Below are positions 17,821 to 27,656 of a stretch of DNA of 64,000 bases, piece by piece; the stretch's first letter is position 1; each line of letters starts with the position of its first letter. Below the pieces are notes generated by a model, which was not told the DNA's origin, searched no databases, and was given only the letters and a program-made list of their open reading frames with translations. The DNA comes from a bacterium. GTDB lineage: Bacteria; CAYTYR01; UBA6262. The DNA is taken from contig JAQTQE010000002.1 in assembly GCA_028712365.1 (NCBI GenBank), forward strand, positions 22,366 to 86,365, given 5' to 3'. A program made the translations under genes and the position numbers.

Positions 17821-18168
17821 TTATTTTGAGTCTTTCTTGGTCTGGCAATTAATGCAGAGCGTAGCCGTCGGGACTGCTTCCAGACGTTCCATACTGATCT
17901 TGCCGCCGCAGTCTTCGCAAGTACCGAAATCCTTGTCTTCGATCTTTTTCAAGGCAGTATCGATATCGACCAATTGTTTTCTTTCATTATCGCTCAATTC
18001 AAACAGCACTTCACGCTCGTATGAATTGGAAGCAATATCCACTGAATCACCGACTTCGGTAGTGGTATAATCTTTGCCCTCTTCTTTGGTGTTTTTGATT
18101 GATTTAAGGATGGCTTCTTTCTTGGCCAGGAGCAATTCTTTAAAAGTGCTTAATTCTTTTGCGTTCAC
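17821..18168 (-). CDS. TraR/DksA C4 zinc-finger protein
   Basis: GDSVDIAS coiled-coil tip, GTCEDCG...RLEAVPTATLCINC. Confidence 0.9.
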   Translation of the reverse strand: MNAKELSTFKELLLAKKEAILKSIKNTKEEGKDYTTTEVGDSVDIASNSYEREVLFELSDNERKQLVDIDTALKKIEDKDFGTCEDCGGKISMERLEAVPTATLCINCQTKKDSK

Positions 18169-18185
18169 GATATATCCTCCTTGGT

Positions 18186-18665
18186 TTACTTTCTTAGCGT
18201 GCGCAGGTCTTTGCCGATAATAATAACAGCATCAACGCTGTCATTATGTTCTACTTTGGCTACAATATTATTACAACCGATAATACTGGCCAATTTAGCG
18301 ATCTTTTCAGAATCTCCCGAACGGTTGATGACCATGGTTGGCGTCGGGGAATATTGCCCGGGCAGTTTTTCGATCACCGGGGTGACCCCGTTTTCTTTCA
18401 GCTTGCCGGCTAATAGCTCGGTCAGGTCCGCTTCCCCGCTGGAGTTCAGCAGGCGCACTCTCATACCAGTCACGTCGCCGGCCATTTTCTTGGCGCCAGC
18501 TATTGAATAAGTATCAATTTCCCGGTAATTTTTCAAACCGTACAGCAGGAAAATGACACTGAAAGTCAATAGTGCCAAAAAAATAAAGTTTTTGAAAAGA
18601 AAGGTTTCGCGATAACGCGTCGCCTGGAACTTTCGGATAATAGTTTTTTTGCGTTTCCTGGTCAT
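18186..18665 (-). CDS. LytR C-terminal domain membrane protein
   Basis: TM then VRLLNSSG...LKENG...DAVIIIGKD. Confidence 0.75.
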   Translation of the reverse strand: MTRKRKKTIIRKFQATRYRETFLFKNFIFLALLTFSVIFLLYGLKNYREIDTYSIAGAKKMAGDVTGMRVRLLNSSGEADLTELLAGKLKENGVTPVIEKLPGQYSPTPTMVINRSGDSEKIAKLASIIGCNNIVAKVEHNDSVDAVIIIGKDLRTLRK

Positions 18666-20116
18666 GATTCCTGTACTACTTTAAGAGTTTTAAGCGTATG
18701 GCCTTCCTGACCGCTGACGCGAATACCCATTTTTACTAATTCCTGCAGGTAGTCGCAAACTTCACGGGTGATACGTTCTCCTGGTATCAGCACCGGTATT
18801 CCTGGCGGATACGGTGAAAGTATATGCGCGCTGATCCTGCCCACGGCTTTTTCGATCGGTACCCGTTTCATGCCCATTTCGAGCGCTTGCATCGGGTTGA
18901 TCACCATCTCCGTGGCAAAAGACAAAGGTGGCAGCGCTTTGATCACTTTTTTCTTGGCGTATTTAGAGCAAATATCCTGCAACGCAAAAACGAGCTGCCT
19001 GATATCCTGCTTTGATGTTCCTACACCGCTGATCGCGATAATATTATAAAGATCTTCATAATCCACTTGCAAGTTATATTTTTCATTAAAAAGCGCGGAA
19101 ACGTCATAACCGCTTAATCCGGATTGTCCCAGCATTACCGTGATCTTAGTCGGATCCAATTGGAATCCCGGCAGCAGGTCTTCTTGCCTGAGGCAGGCAA
19201 TATGTTCGATCTTGTTGATCTGCCGCCGTCCTTCTTCGCACATATCAATGAGCTTGTCCAGTATGGCTTCACCCTTGGTGGCCATCTGCATCCGGGCCAA
19301 GTCTATGGAACCCAGTATAAAATAGCTGGGACTGGTTGTTTGCAGTACTGAAACGATCCTTTTGACCCGATGCGGGTCAACTCGTTTACCCTTGACCAAT
19401 AATAATGATCCCTGGCTCATGCCGGAAAGGATCTTATGCGTACTTTGCACACACATATCCGCGCCGGCATCAATGGCGCTGATCGGCAGCCGCGGTGAAA
19501 ATTTGAAGTGAGGTCCATGCGCCTCGTCAACCAGCAATATCTTGTCGTACTTATGTACGACTTCGGCTATCCCTGACAGGTTGGTGGAGATGCCGTGATA
19601 GGTCGGATTGGTAATGATTACCGCCTTGGCTTTTGGGTAACGCTTGATCGCGTCTTCCACTTGTTCAGGCGATACATTGTAAACAATATTATTATTACGG
19701 TCGATCACCGGTTGTATATAGCGCGGCGTGGCCCCGGCCAGGATAATGCCGCCGATAATTGACTTATGGGTATTGCGCGGCAGGATGATCTCGTCAAAAG
19801 TGTTACAGGCGGTCAGGATCATGGCCTGGTTACCTACGGTTGAACCATTGATTAGAAAGAACGCCCTATCCGCTTCATAAGCTTTAGCAGCCAACAGCTG
19901 GGCCTGCCTGATGCAATGATGGGGATCATGCAGCGAATCTACTTCGTTAAAGACCGTAACATCCATATAAAAAATGTTGCGTCCCACAAAATTGCGGAAA
20001 CGCTGGTCAATGCTCTTACCATTTTTATGGCCCGGTGTATGAAAAGAAACCATCCTCTTTTTAGCATGCGCGAGGACGGTGTCAAATAATGGCGTTCGCG
20101 ATTGTTCTGGGTCCAA
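18662..20116 (-). CDS. Orn/Lys/Arg decarboxylase (PLP, class I fold)
   Basis: SFHTPGHKNG, FFLINGST, PRNTHKS, VDEAHG, VQSTHK, PYPPGIPVLIPGE; TTG start. Confidence 0.92.
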   Translation of the reverse strand: MDPEQSRTPLFDTVLAHAKKRMVSFHTPGHKNGKSIDQRFRNFVGRNIFYMDVTVFNEVDSLHDPHHCIRQAQLLAAKAYEADRAFFLINGSTVGNQAMILTACNTFDEIILPRNTHKSIIGGIILAGATPRYIQPVIDRNNNIVYNVSPEQVEDAIKRYPKAKAVIITNPTYHGISTNLSGIAEVVHKYDKILLVDEAHGPHFKFSPRLPISAIDAGADMCVQSTHKILSGMSQGSLLLVKGKRVDPHRVKRIVSVLQTTSPSYFILGSIDLARMQMATKGEAILDKLIDMCEEGRRQINKIEHIACLRQEDLLPGFQLDPTKITVMLGQSGLSGYDVSALFNEKYNLQVDYEDLYNIIAISGVGTSKQDIRQLVFALQDICSKYAKKKVIKALPPLSFATEMVINPMQALEMGMKRVPIEKAVGRISAHILSPYPPGIPVLIPGERITREVCDYLQELVKMGIRVSGQEGHTLKTLKVVQES

Positions 20117-20256
20117 CTAAGTCTTACCTCTTATTTTAAAAAAAATTGGTTACTCTTTACATGAGAATTATTGTTGTGGTTGTTAATTTATAATACTTAC
20201 CATAATTTGTCAAGAATTATTTAAACAAAATATGCGGCGGGGCCAACTTCTCGTCG

Positions 20257-21492
20257 CTATACAGCAGCCGGAGTCTCTTGTATCTCGGTTGGCAATCCCA
20301 TTTTATCGAGTAATTCAATGAACGGATCAGGATCTAATTCTTCGACATTAACCATGGTCTTGACATCCCAGGTGCCTTTAGCGACCAGTATTGCCGCGGC
20401 TACCGGCGGTACTCCGGCGGTATAGCTGATAGCCTGGGATTCCACTTCTTTATAGCATTCGGCATGATCGCAGATGTTGTAGATGAAGATTTCCTTAGGC
20501 ACATCATTCTTCGTGCCTTTGATCAGGTTGCCGATGCAAGTCTTCCCCGTATAGTTCGGAGCCAATGATCCCGGATCAGGGAGTACCGCTTTCACTACCT
20601 TGAGCGGCACCACTTCCAACCCTTCCGCTGTTTTAACTGTCTTCTCGGACAATAATCCCAGTTTGCTCAGGACCGTGAAAACATTGATATAATGATCACT
20701 GAATCCCATCCAGAACCTGATGGTATTGGCATCTACATTCTGGGATAAAGAATGCAATTCATCGTGACCGGTCAGGTAAACGGTTTGTTTGCCTACTACC
20801 GGGAATTCATACACCAGCTTTTTAGTATGTACCTTTTTTTCCACCCATTTACGGTCGATCCAGGTCCATACTTTCCTGAATTCCCGGAAATTGATCTCCG
20901 GATCAAAGTTCGTAGCGAAGTATTTGCCATGATTACCGGCATTCACATCCATGATATCAATGGTATCGATCTTATCAAAATGATGCTTTACAGCCAAAGC
21001 GACATACGCATTCACTACGCCCGGATCAAATCCTATGCCCAGGATAGCGGTGATGCCATTCTCACGACAGCGGTCCTTCTGCTTCCATTCATAATTAGCA
21101 TACCAGGGCGGATCTTCACAGACCTTGCCTGGTTCTTCGTGGATCGCTGTATCCATGTACACTACGCCGGCCTGGATACAGGCTTCCAGTACGGACATAT
21201 TGATAAAAGTTATTCCTACGTTGATGACGATCTGGGAATTGGTTTCCTTGATCAGGGTGACCAATGACGGTATATCCATAGCATTGACCTGGCGGGAATA
21301 GAGCTGTTTGGTTTTGTCTTTCAGGTTATTTTTCTTTTTTATGCTATCAATGATCTTATCAGCTTTGCGCAGCGTCCTGGAAGCAATGCAGATGTCACCC
21401 AGGATATCATTATACTGGGCACATTTATGCGCGACCACATGCGCGACTCCTCCTGCCCCGATGATCAACACATTTTTCTTTTTTTTCATCAC
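20257..21492 (-). CDS. Carboxy(nor)spermidine dehydrogenase (saccharopine dehydrogenase family)
   Basis: IIGAGGVA, GIGFDPGVVN, ATNFDPEINFRE, QAISYTAGVP; adjacent to nspC. Confidence 0.9.
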   Translation of the reverse strand: MMKKKKNVLIIGAGGVAHVVAHKCAQYNDILGDICIASRTLRKADKIIDSIKKKNNLKDKTKQLYSRQVNAMDIPSLVTLIKETNSQIVINVGITFINMSVLEACIQAGVVYMDTAIHEEPGKVCEDPPWYANYEWKQKDRCRENGITAILGIGFDPGVVNAYVALAVKHHFDKIDTIDIMDVNAGNHGKYFATNFDPEINFREFRKVWTWIDRKWVEKKVHTKKLVYEFPVVGKQTVYLTGHDELHSLSQNVDANTIRFWMGFSDHYINVFTVLSKLGLLSEKTVKTAEGLEVVPLKVVKAVLPDPGSLAPNYTGKTCIGNLIKGTKNDVPKEIFIYNICDHAECYKEVESQAISYTAGVPPVAAAILVAKGTWDVKTMVNVEELDPDPFIELLDKMGLPTEIQETPAAV

Positions 21493-21530
21493 TTTATCCT
21501 CTCCCGTGCGAAGTCCGTATGAGATCCGTA

Positions 21531-22640
21531 TTATGATAAGCTGCCGGTAAAATCCTGATAATTAAAATGGCGCACTACTTCCAGTGCGCCATTGAGCCTT
21601 TTGACTACTATTGACGGCATCTGCAGGCCGTTGAACCAGTTTTTCTTAACCATGCTGTATCCGGCCGCGTCCGCTAATTTGATAATATGCCCTGGTTTTA
21701 ACCTGTTCTTAAAACGATAAGTCCCGAAAACATCACCGGCTAAACAAGAACGGCCGGCAATAGTGTACTTGAACCGGCCGTTGCCGGCAGAGTCGATCTT
21801 GGCTGGTGTGCGATAGATCAGCAGGTCCAGCATATGAGCTTCAGTGGAAGCATCCACTATAGCTATATCAGCTTCATTGTGTACAATATCCATTACCGTA
21901 GTGACTAACTCGGCTGACCCGGTAATGACTGCTTCTCCCGGTTCCAAATAAACCTGGACATTATACTTTTCGCTGAAGTCTTTCAACTTACGGCAGAACT
22001 TGTCCAGAGGATATTCGTCCTTGGTAAAATAAAGTCCTCCGCCCAAGCTGACCCATTTTAGCTGTTGCAGCAGTTTCCCGTAGGTCTTTCCGATATAGTC
22101 AAGATTGGTTGAGAAATTTCGGAAATCCGCGTTTTCACAGTTAAAATGGAACATTACCCCGCTGATCATGGGAGCGGCATTTAAAAGCGCTTCCCGGTCG
22201 GTTACGCCCAGCCTGGAATAACGCCGGGCCGGGTCAGCCAGGTCAAAGTGCGAATAACTTATTTGGGGATTTACCCGTAAACCGAGCGGCAGCTTTTTTA
22301 CGTCCCGGTAATAGGTTTTGAGCTGAGATAAAGAATTAAAAATGATCTTATCGGCAAATTGTTTAATCTCCGCTATGTCTGAACGGGAAAAGCCCACACA
22401 GTAAGCGTGCACTTCTTTGCCGAATTTATCACGACCCAACCTGGCCTCATATAATGAACTGCTGGTGGTCCCGTCGAGGTATTGCTTCATCAGGGGAAAA
22501 ACGCTCCAGGTTGAAAAACACTTGAGCGCCAGTACTGACTTGGCGCCGGATCTTTCCCTGACGTAGCGGATGATCTTCAGGTTTTTTAGCAGCTTGCGCT
22601 CATCAATTAAATAATAGGGCGTGACAATATCATTCTTCAT
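21531..22640 (-). CDS. nspC: Carboxynorspermidine decarboxylase
   Basis: TPYYLIDE, LALKCFS, SSSLYEARLG, RVNP...RYSRLG, SLGGG, LEPGEA, YSMVKKNWFNG. Confidence 0.95.
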   Translation of the reverse strand: MKNDIVTPYYLIDERKLLKNLKIIRYVRERSGAKSVLALKCFSTWSVFPLMKQYLDGTTSSSLYEARLGRDKFGKEVHAYCVGFSRSDIAEIKQFADKIIFNSLSQLKTYYRDVKKLPLGLRVNPQISYSHFDLADPARRYSRLGVTDREALLNAAPMISGVMFHFNCENADFRNFSTNLDYIGKTYGKLLQQLKWVSLGGGLYFTKDEYPLDKFCRKLKDFSEKYNVQVYLEPGEAVITGSAELVTTVMDIVHNEADIAIVDASTEAHMLDLLIYRTPAKIDSAGNGRFKYTIAGRSCLAGDVFGTYRFKNRLKPGHIIKLADAAGYSMVKKNWFNGLQMPSIVVKRLNGALEVVRHFNYQDFTGSLS

Positions 22641-22647
22641 AAAAATA

Positions 22648-22676
22648 ATTTTAACAATATTTAATTAATTGTGCAA
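22648..22676 (-). promoter_or_regulatory. sigma70 promoter giving a probably leaderless nspC mRNA
   Basis: TTGCAC, 17 nt ending TGT, TAAAAT, then 7 nt to the ATG; no SD. Confidence 0.6.
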
Positions 22677-22708
22677 GACTTTTTCTTGAGATTGTTTGAA
22701 ATGCTAAA

Positions 22709-22780
22709 CAATCTCTGATTACACCGCTTATTAAGAGCGATTACACTGATTAAAGATTTAGTAGGTAATCTGTGAATCTC
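22709..22780. repeat. GATTACAC/GTAATC inverted junction element
   Basis: GATTACAC at 22717 and 22739, TGATT, then GTAATC-TGTGAATC at 22765-22778. Confidence 0.5.
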
Positions 22781-22785
22781 TTTGC

Positions 22786-24735
22786 TCAATTTTTTAAATA
22801 CAAGTCAAAACTAAACCAGTAAGTACGGCCAGGCAAAGGATAAAAATTGCCGAAACCATCGGTGCGCGTGGCATAACGCTTGTCAAATATATTATCTACT
22901 TTTAACGCCAGGATAGCAGAATTTATTTTTTTCTGTAAGGCAACGCTCCAGATGCTGGCTGACGGGACCTTCAAGCCTCTTTCCCCATCTTGTTCAAAGC
23001 AGGCGCCAAGGAATTGGCTTTGTAAATTGACTGCCACTGTTTCCATGGGCTGGTAGTCCAGCTGATAGGATAATTTGTGTTTGGGCCGAAAAGCCAGCAG
23101 CAGGTAATCAGGGTCACTTTCTTTTTTCCCTTGCGCCTGCATAGCCGTGTAAACAAGTTTGTGCCGTAATTGGCTGGAAAAGGATTGGCTGGTTTCCACT
23201 TCCAGTCCAAGATTCTTTCCCCGGGATACATTTTGGGGCGCATAGCGATATGTGGTCAGGGTGACGTTTTCCTGTTGCCAGATCATCAGGTCCTGGCTAG
23301 CGATATAAAATACGGTCGCTTTGGCCTGGCAGGAATTATTGAATTTGCCTTCCAACCCGAGGTCGTAAGACATGGCTTTTTCCGGCTTCAGGTTACGGTT
23401 ACCGGCGGTGATATAAGTTGTGCCAAAATATGTTTCCTGACTGAATGGCCAAAACAGGTCATTGACGGTAGGTGGACGGAAGCCGCGGGAAATATTCAGG
23501 GAAGTTTTCCAGGTGCTATTTAAAAAATATACCAGGTTCAGACGCGGGTCAAGCTGTCCCCCGCTGATGGAATGGTGGTCATAACGAACACCGAAGGTAT
23601 AAGCCCAGGTTTCGAGCTGGCGCATATACTGGCCATATAGCGATTGGAAGAAAACCGCTTCATCGATCGTGTCGGTATGGGTATTATCATCCCTTTGCCA
23701 GACTGAATCCTGGCGGTATTCTAATCCGGCGCTCCAGCCTGAAAGCAGGTCGAATTGCGTGCTGATACCGTGTGACCGGTTTCGCCGCAGGGTATCAATA
23801 GACCAGTCAGTATTACGATAGACCTGTTTTGTTTCATTCAGGAAAGTACGGACTTTAGCCGTGGTTTCTCCAGCCAGCGCTACCTTATATTCAGCATATG
23901 TTAGATTGGTACGGTCTTCCTGGCGGGCATTAGGTGAAGAGGCTTCCTTTTCGCGTGAATCATCCCAGGAGTCAATAGGTATATTGGAAGGACCGGGCAA
24001 GCCTAAAAAACTCCGGTAATATTGATCATGCAGCCTGAGTGACCCGTATTGCCGCAGGTCATAACCCAATTGCACGCTGTACGCGTTATTATCAAAATCA
24101 TTATTCATTCTCCAGCCATTCGAGAAAGACCGGCTGGCAGACAATAAATAATCAAGCGCGCCTGGCTTCGCGCCATAACTGAACCGGTAAGTCTGGGTAT
24201 TACTGCTGCCAGCCAGTACCGTAATATCCGTCAATGGTTTCTGATCCAGGGGTTTTTTAGTAATTATGTTGACCACTCCCCCAATGGCATTGGCTCCGTA
24301 TATTGCTGATCCGGCGCCGCGGACGATCTCGATGCGTTCTATGTTTTCCAAAGGTATCTGTGATAGGTCAGTCTGTCCCAATGACGGGGAAGTCAAAGGA
24401 AAACCATCCAACAAGACCAGCACCTGATGGCCGGGGACACCGCGAATAGACAAGGTCTGAGCATTACCGAGACTGGCCTGTTTGGGCAAGTCTAATCCCG
24501 CAACCTGGTTCAATATCAGGCTGAGGTCCTGGGTATGGGCCGCGGCGATGTCTTCAGCTTTGATCACGGTGACATTTGTGCCGGTAAGATATGCCGGTTG
24601 GGGAGTCAGGCTGGCGGAAACAACTGTTATGTCTAAGTTGACTTCCGCTCCTTCTTCGGCGTTGACAGGATTAACCGCCATACATAATAATAGCGTTGCT
24701 ACTGTTGCTGCTGTTGCCAAGTAATGCTTTAACAT
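22786..24735 (-). CDS. btuB: TonB-dependent receptor, BtuB-like
   Basis: TonB box ITVVSA, plug SIRG...VLVLLDG...IERIEIVRGAGSAIYGANAIGGVVNIIT, NLKPE, C-terminal GRTYWFSF; last gene of a B12-riboswitch operon. Confidence 0.85.
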   Translation of the reverse strand: MLKHYLATAATVATLLLCMAVNPVNAEEGAEVNLDITVVSASLTPQPAYLTGTNVTVIKAEDIAAAHTQDLSLILNQVAGLDLPKQASLGNAQTLSIRGVPGHQVLVLLDGFPLTSPSLGQTDLSQIPLENIERIEIVRGAGSAIYGANAIGGVVNIITKKPLDQKPLTDITVLAGSSNTQTYRFSYGAKPGALDYLLSASRSFSNGWRMNNDFDNNAYSVQLGYDLRQYGSLRLHDQYYRSFLGLPGPSNIPIDSWDDSREKEASSPNARQEDRTNLTYAEYKVALAGETTAKVRTFLNETKQVYRNTDWSIDTLRRNRSHGISTQFDLLSGWSAGLEYRQDSVWQRDDNTHTDTIDEAVFFQSLYGQYMRQLETWAYTFGVRYDHHSISGGQLDPRLNLVYFLNSTWKTSLNISRGFRPPTVNDLFWPFSQETYFGTTYITAGNRNLKPEKAMSYDLGLEGKFNNSCQAKATVFYIASQDLMIWQQENVTLTTYRYAPQNVSRGKNLGLEVETSQSFSSQLRHKLVYTAMQAQGKKESDPDYLLLAFRPKHKLSYQLDYQPMETVAVNLQSQFLGACFEQDGERGLKVPSASIWSVALQKKINSAILALKVDNIFDKRYATRTDGFGNFYPLPGRTYWFSFDLYLKN

Positions 24736-24751
24736 TATTCCTCCTCGTAAT

Positions 24752-24785
24752 TAGACTGTTTCCAAAAGAGTTGCGACACAGTCTA
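24752..24785. mobile_element. 34-bp TA-flanked miniature inverted-repeat element / IS footprint
   Basis: TA-GACTGT-TTCCAAAAGAGTTGCGAC-ACAGTC-TA; its right end overlaps the btuD stop codon. Confidence 0.45.
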
Positions 24786-25565
24786 GTGGTTTGGGATCAG
24801 GGTAACCTGCAATTTTTTGATCTGCTGGTGCTGTTGTACAGTAACCTGTGTATGATAAACTTTTCTAATGTTTTCCACGGTGATCACCTGCGCCGGGGGG
24901 CCTTGGCTAAAAACCGCCCCTTCCTTCAGTAAAAGTAGTTTGTCGCAATAAAGCGCGGCCAAGTTAAGGTCATGGGTGACGGTGATAATAGTTAACCCGT
25001 GCTGTTCCTGCAGGTTTTTTAGGACATTGAATATTTCGATCTGGTGGTTAATATCCAAATGCGCCGTCGGTTCGTCTAGTAACAATATGGATGGTTCCTG
25101 GGCCAGGGCCTGGGCGATAAAAACTCTTTGCCTCTCACCGCTGGATAACTCATTTATTTTCCTACCGGCCAAATCTTTAATGGAAGTTCTTTCCATACAT
25201 TCGATGGCTTTGCTATGATCATGATGTGACAAAGGCTGCAAAAACGAAAGATGCGGCGATCGTCCCATGAGTACCATTTCCTGCACCGTAAAAGGAAAAT
25301 TAAGGGAAGTTTCTTCAGGCACTAAAGCGATTTTTCTAGCCAGGGTGCGCACTGGATATTTCTTTAGGTCAAGATCATTAAGCATGACTGTTCCTGCTGG
25401 TACCGTCAAAAGCCTGGCCAGGATCTTCAATAAAGTGGATTTGCCGCTGCCATTGGGCCCGATGATCCCTAAAAAGTCGCCTGGCTGGACCGCAAAAGAA
25501 ACATCTTTTAAGACCACGTTCTCGTGATAAGAAAAATGTATATTGGCTACTTCCAGATACGCCAT
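24783..25565 (-). CDS. btuD: Cobalamin/siderophore ABC transporter ATPase
   Basis: GPNGSGKST, LSSGERQRV, LLDEPTAHLD, THDLNLA. Substrate inferred from the riboswitch. Confidence 0.8.
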   Translation of the reverse strand: MAYLEVANIHFSYHENVVLKDVSFAVQPGDFLGIIGPNGSGKSTLLKILARLLTVPAGTVMLNDLDLKKYPVRTLARKIALVPEETSLNFPFTVQEMVLMGRSPHLSFLQPLSHHDHSKAIECMERTSIKDLAGRKINELSSGERQRVFIAQALAQEPSILLLDEPTAHLDINHQIEIFNVLKNLQEQHGLTIITVTHDLNLAALYCDKLLLLKEGAVFSQGPPAQVITVENIRKVYHTQVTVQQHQQIKKLQVTLIPNH

Positions 25566-25568
25566 GAA

Positions 25569-26549
25569 TTATTCCTCAAAAAGTAAATTTGTTCTTTTAC
25601 GCCGAAGCAGATATAAAAAGAATGGAGCGCCAGCCAAGGCTGTGATCACGCCGATAGGTATTTCCAAAGGGACAGCTATGGTCCGGGCCAGGACATCGCA
25701 TGATAGCAGAAAGATCGCTCCCAACAGTCCGGCTACCGGCAGCAGGACTTTATGATCCGGCCCTACCAATAACCTGCTGATGTGAGGAATGATCAATCCG
25801 ACAAAACCGATCATGCCGCAGATAGATACCAGGATCGCAATGATCAATGAAACCATTATGAAAAGTATTTTGCGCATTAACTCAACCGGAACACCGAGAG
25901 ATTGCGCTTTTTCTTCACCTAGGGTAATAATATTGAGATGCCTGCTTACCAGGATTATGCCGCCGGACAAGAATAAGACCACACTTCCTCCCAGCCAAAC
26001 CGCGCCTTGGTCTGACTGTCCCAGGCTGCCCATCAGCCAGAACATAATACTATAAAGTTCCTGCCGGTTCAGGGACATGATCAGGGTAACCAGGCCGGAA
26101 AGGAAAGTATTGACAATTACCCCGGCTAGAAGCAGATTTTGCACAGGCATTTTACCGTCGAGTTGTGCCAGCTGGTAAACAACGACCAAAGTCAATAAGG
26201 CAAAAACAAAAGCGCTGAAGGAAACGCTGTAGATACAAGTTCCTAATCCAAGAGTAATGGCCAGAACCCCTCCCAGTGCCGCTCCGGATGAGGTTCCCAG
26301 GATATAAGGATCAGCTAGTGGATTACGTAAGAGAGCCTGGAAAACAACTCCGCTGATGCTTAATCCTACCCCGGCAATGATAGCCAGGATGATGCGGGGT
26401 AAACGCAGTTTAAACATGATCAAGCGGCTAATCTCATCCTGGAAATGGAAAGGATCAATCTTGATCGCTCCCCAATACAAGGATAGGAAAGCCAGGAAAA
26501 GTAAAACTATCAATAGCAGTATGATCGTTACAAGTTGATTCTTTTTCAT
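25569..26549 (-). CDS. btuC: BtuC/FecCD family permease
   Basis: LRLPR, RNPLADPYILG, GEEKAQSLG, GMIGFVGLIIPH, EIPIGVITA. Confidence 0.85.
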   Translation of the reverse strand: MKKNQLVTIILLLIVLLFLAFLSLYWGAIKIDPFHFQDEISRLIMFKLRLPRIILAIIAGVGLSISGVVFQALLRNPLADPYILGTSSGAALGGVLAITLGLGTCIYSVSFSAFVFALLTLVVVYQLAQLDGKMPVQNLLLAGVIVNTFLSGLVTLIMSLNRQELYSIMFWLMGSLGQSDQGAVWLGGSVVLFLSGGIILVSRHLNIITLGEEKAQSLGVPVELMRKILFIMVSLIIAILVSICGMIGFVGLIIPHISRLLVGPDHKVLLPVAGLLGAIFLLSCDVLARTIAVPLEIPIGVITALAGAPFFLYLLRRKRTNLLFEE

Positions 26550-26559
26550 AAACTACCTT

Positions 26560-27396
26560 TTAACGGACTTTAATATGGTATATTTTTTCTGCCAATTGCT
26601 CCAGGCCATCGATCAACCGGGGGCCGGGGCGGAGCATCAGGTCTGGATTAATATCGTCAATTAAGTGGTTTTGACGCACTGCCTTGGAATTATTCCAGGC
26701 TTTATTGGCCATAAAATAATTCCTGCTTTGCGGGCTGGTTAAGATAATAAAATCAGGATCCTGTTTAAGGACATATTCAGCGCTTATCCGGCAATAGGGA
26801 CGAGCCAGGTCCCCGGCCACGTTGATCGCCCGCAGCATATTGATCATTTCATCCAGGAAAGTATCCCGGGAAGCGGTCATCAATGGTTGTATGGATATTT
26901 CGATAAATATTTTCGGCGGTGACGTGATCTTGGCGGTTATGGCCTGCATCAATTTGCCGATACGCGCTTTAATTGACTGGTTAAGTATGAAAGCGTATGT
27001 CCCGGTACCGGTTAATTCCCCGATACGAGTAATGGCCGCAAAAAGCTGATTGAAATTATGCGGATCGATTACTTGCACGGTAAAACCTAGTTTTTTCAAC
27101 CTTTCCACTGCCGGATTTTGTTCTAATCCGGTTGCCAGTATCAGGTCTGGTTTTAAAGCGGCGATCTTTTCAATGTTCGGATTGGAGAAATCCCCTACTT
27201 TTTCTTTTTGCGCGCATTGGGGTGGATAATTACAATAAGAAGAAACGCCAACTACTTTATCGCCAAGATTAAGCGCGTATAATATTTCGGTATTGGCTGG
27301 CGCCAGGGAGATAATTCGCTGCGGTAGCCTTTCCCCAGCCTGGGCCATACTGCAATACAATAATGTTACTAATAATATTAGTTTCTTCATAATCAT
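26560..27396 (-). CDS. btuF: Cobalamin-binding periplasmic protein
   Basis: RIISLAPANTE, VGVSSYCNYP, NIEKIAALKPDL, LMLRPGPRL. Confidence 0.85.
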   Translation of the reverse strand: MIMKKLILLVTLLYCSMAQAGERLPQRIISLAPANTEILYALNLGDKVVGVSSYCNYPPQCAQKEKVGDFSNPNIEKIAALKPDLILATGLEQNPAVERLKKLGFTVQVIDPHNFNQLFAAITRIGELTGTGTYAFILNQSIKARIGKLMQAITAKITSPPKIFIEISIQPLMTASRDTFLDEMINMLRAINVAGDLARPYCRISAEYVLKQDPDFIILTSPQSRNYFMANKAWNNSKAVRQNHLIDDINPDLMLRPGPRLIDGLEQLAEKIYHIKVR

Positions 27397-27397
27397 T

Positions 27398-27432
27398 GTA
27401 ATCCTTGCCTGCCGGCAGGCAGGTGTGTAATC
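27398..27432. repeat. 16-bp palindrome TGCCTGCCGGCAGGCA between two GTAATC units
   Basis: Perfect palindrome 27406-27421; GTAATC at 27398 and 27427. Confidence 0.75.
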
Positions 27433-27438
27433 ACTCCT

Positions 27439-27484
27439 AAATAAAATAACCCAGCTATCCTAATACGGAAAAAGGAAGCTGAGT
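27439..27484 (-). terminator. Intrinsic terminator of the cobalamin riboswitch expression platform
   Basis: ACUCAGCU-UCCU...AGGA-U-AGCUGGGU followed by UAUUUUAUUU. Confidence 0.65.
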
Positions 27485-27509
27485 CTACCAGGTTTATGAG
27501 TTGACCTGC

Positions 27510-27603
27510 CCTTCCCGCGAAGGATTTCTATATTTAGCAAACAGGTATTCGGACTTTAACCGTTGCGGGGCAGTGTCTGATTTTCACAGACTTCCCCTGT
27601 TTG
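27510..27603 (-). ncRNA. Cobalamin riboswitch (minimal form)
   Basis: CAAACAGG-GGAA-GUCUG-UGAAAAU-CAGAC-ACUGCCCCGCAACGGU-UAAAGUCCGAAUA-CCUGUUUG plus hairpin CCUUC-GCGG-GAAGG whose loop complements CCGC (kissing loop); upstream of btuFCDB. Confidence 0.88.
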
Positions 27604-27622
27604 TTTTCATTTCAATAGTACT

Positions 27623-27651
27623 ATCTTATCATTGTACGATATTAATGTCAA
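27623..27651 (-). promoter_or_regulatory. sigma70 promoter of the btu operon
   Basis: TTGACA, 17 nt, TAAGAT. Confidence 0.7.
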
Positions 27652-27656
27652 TAATT

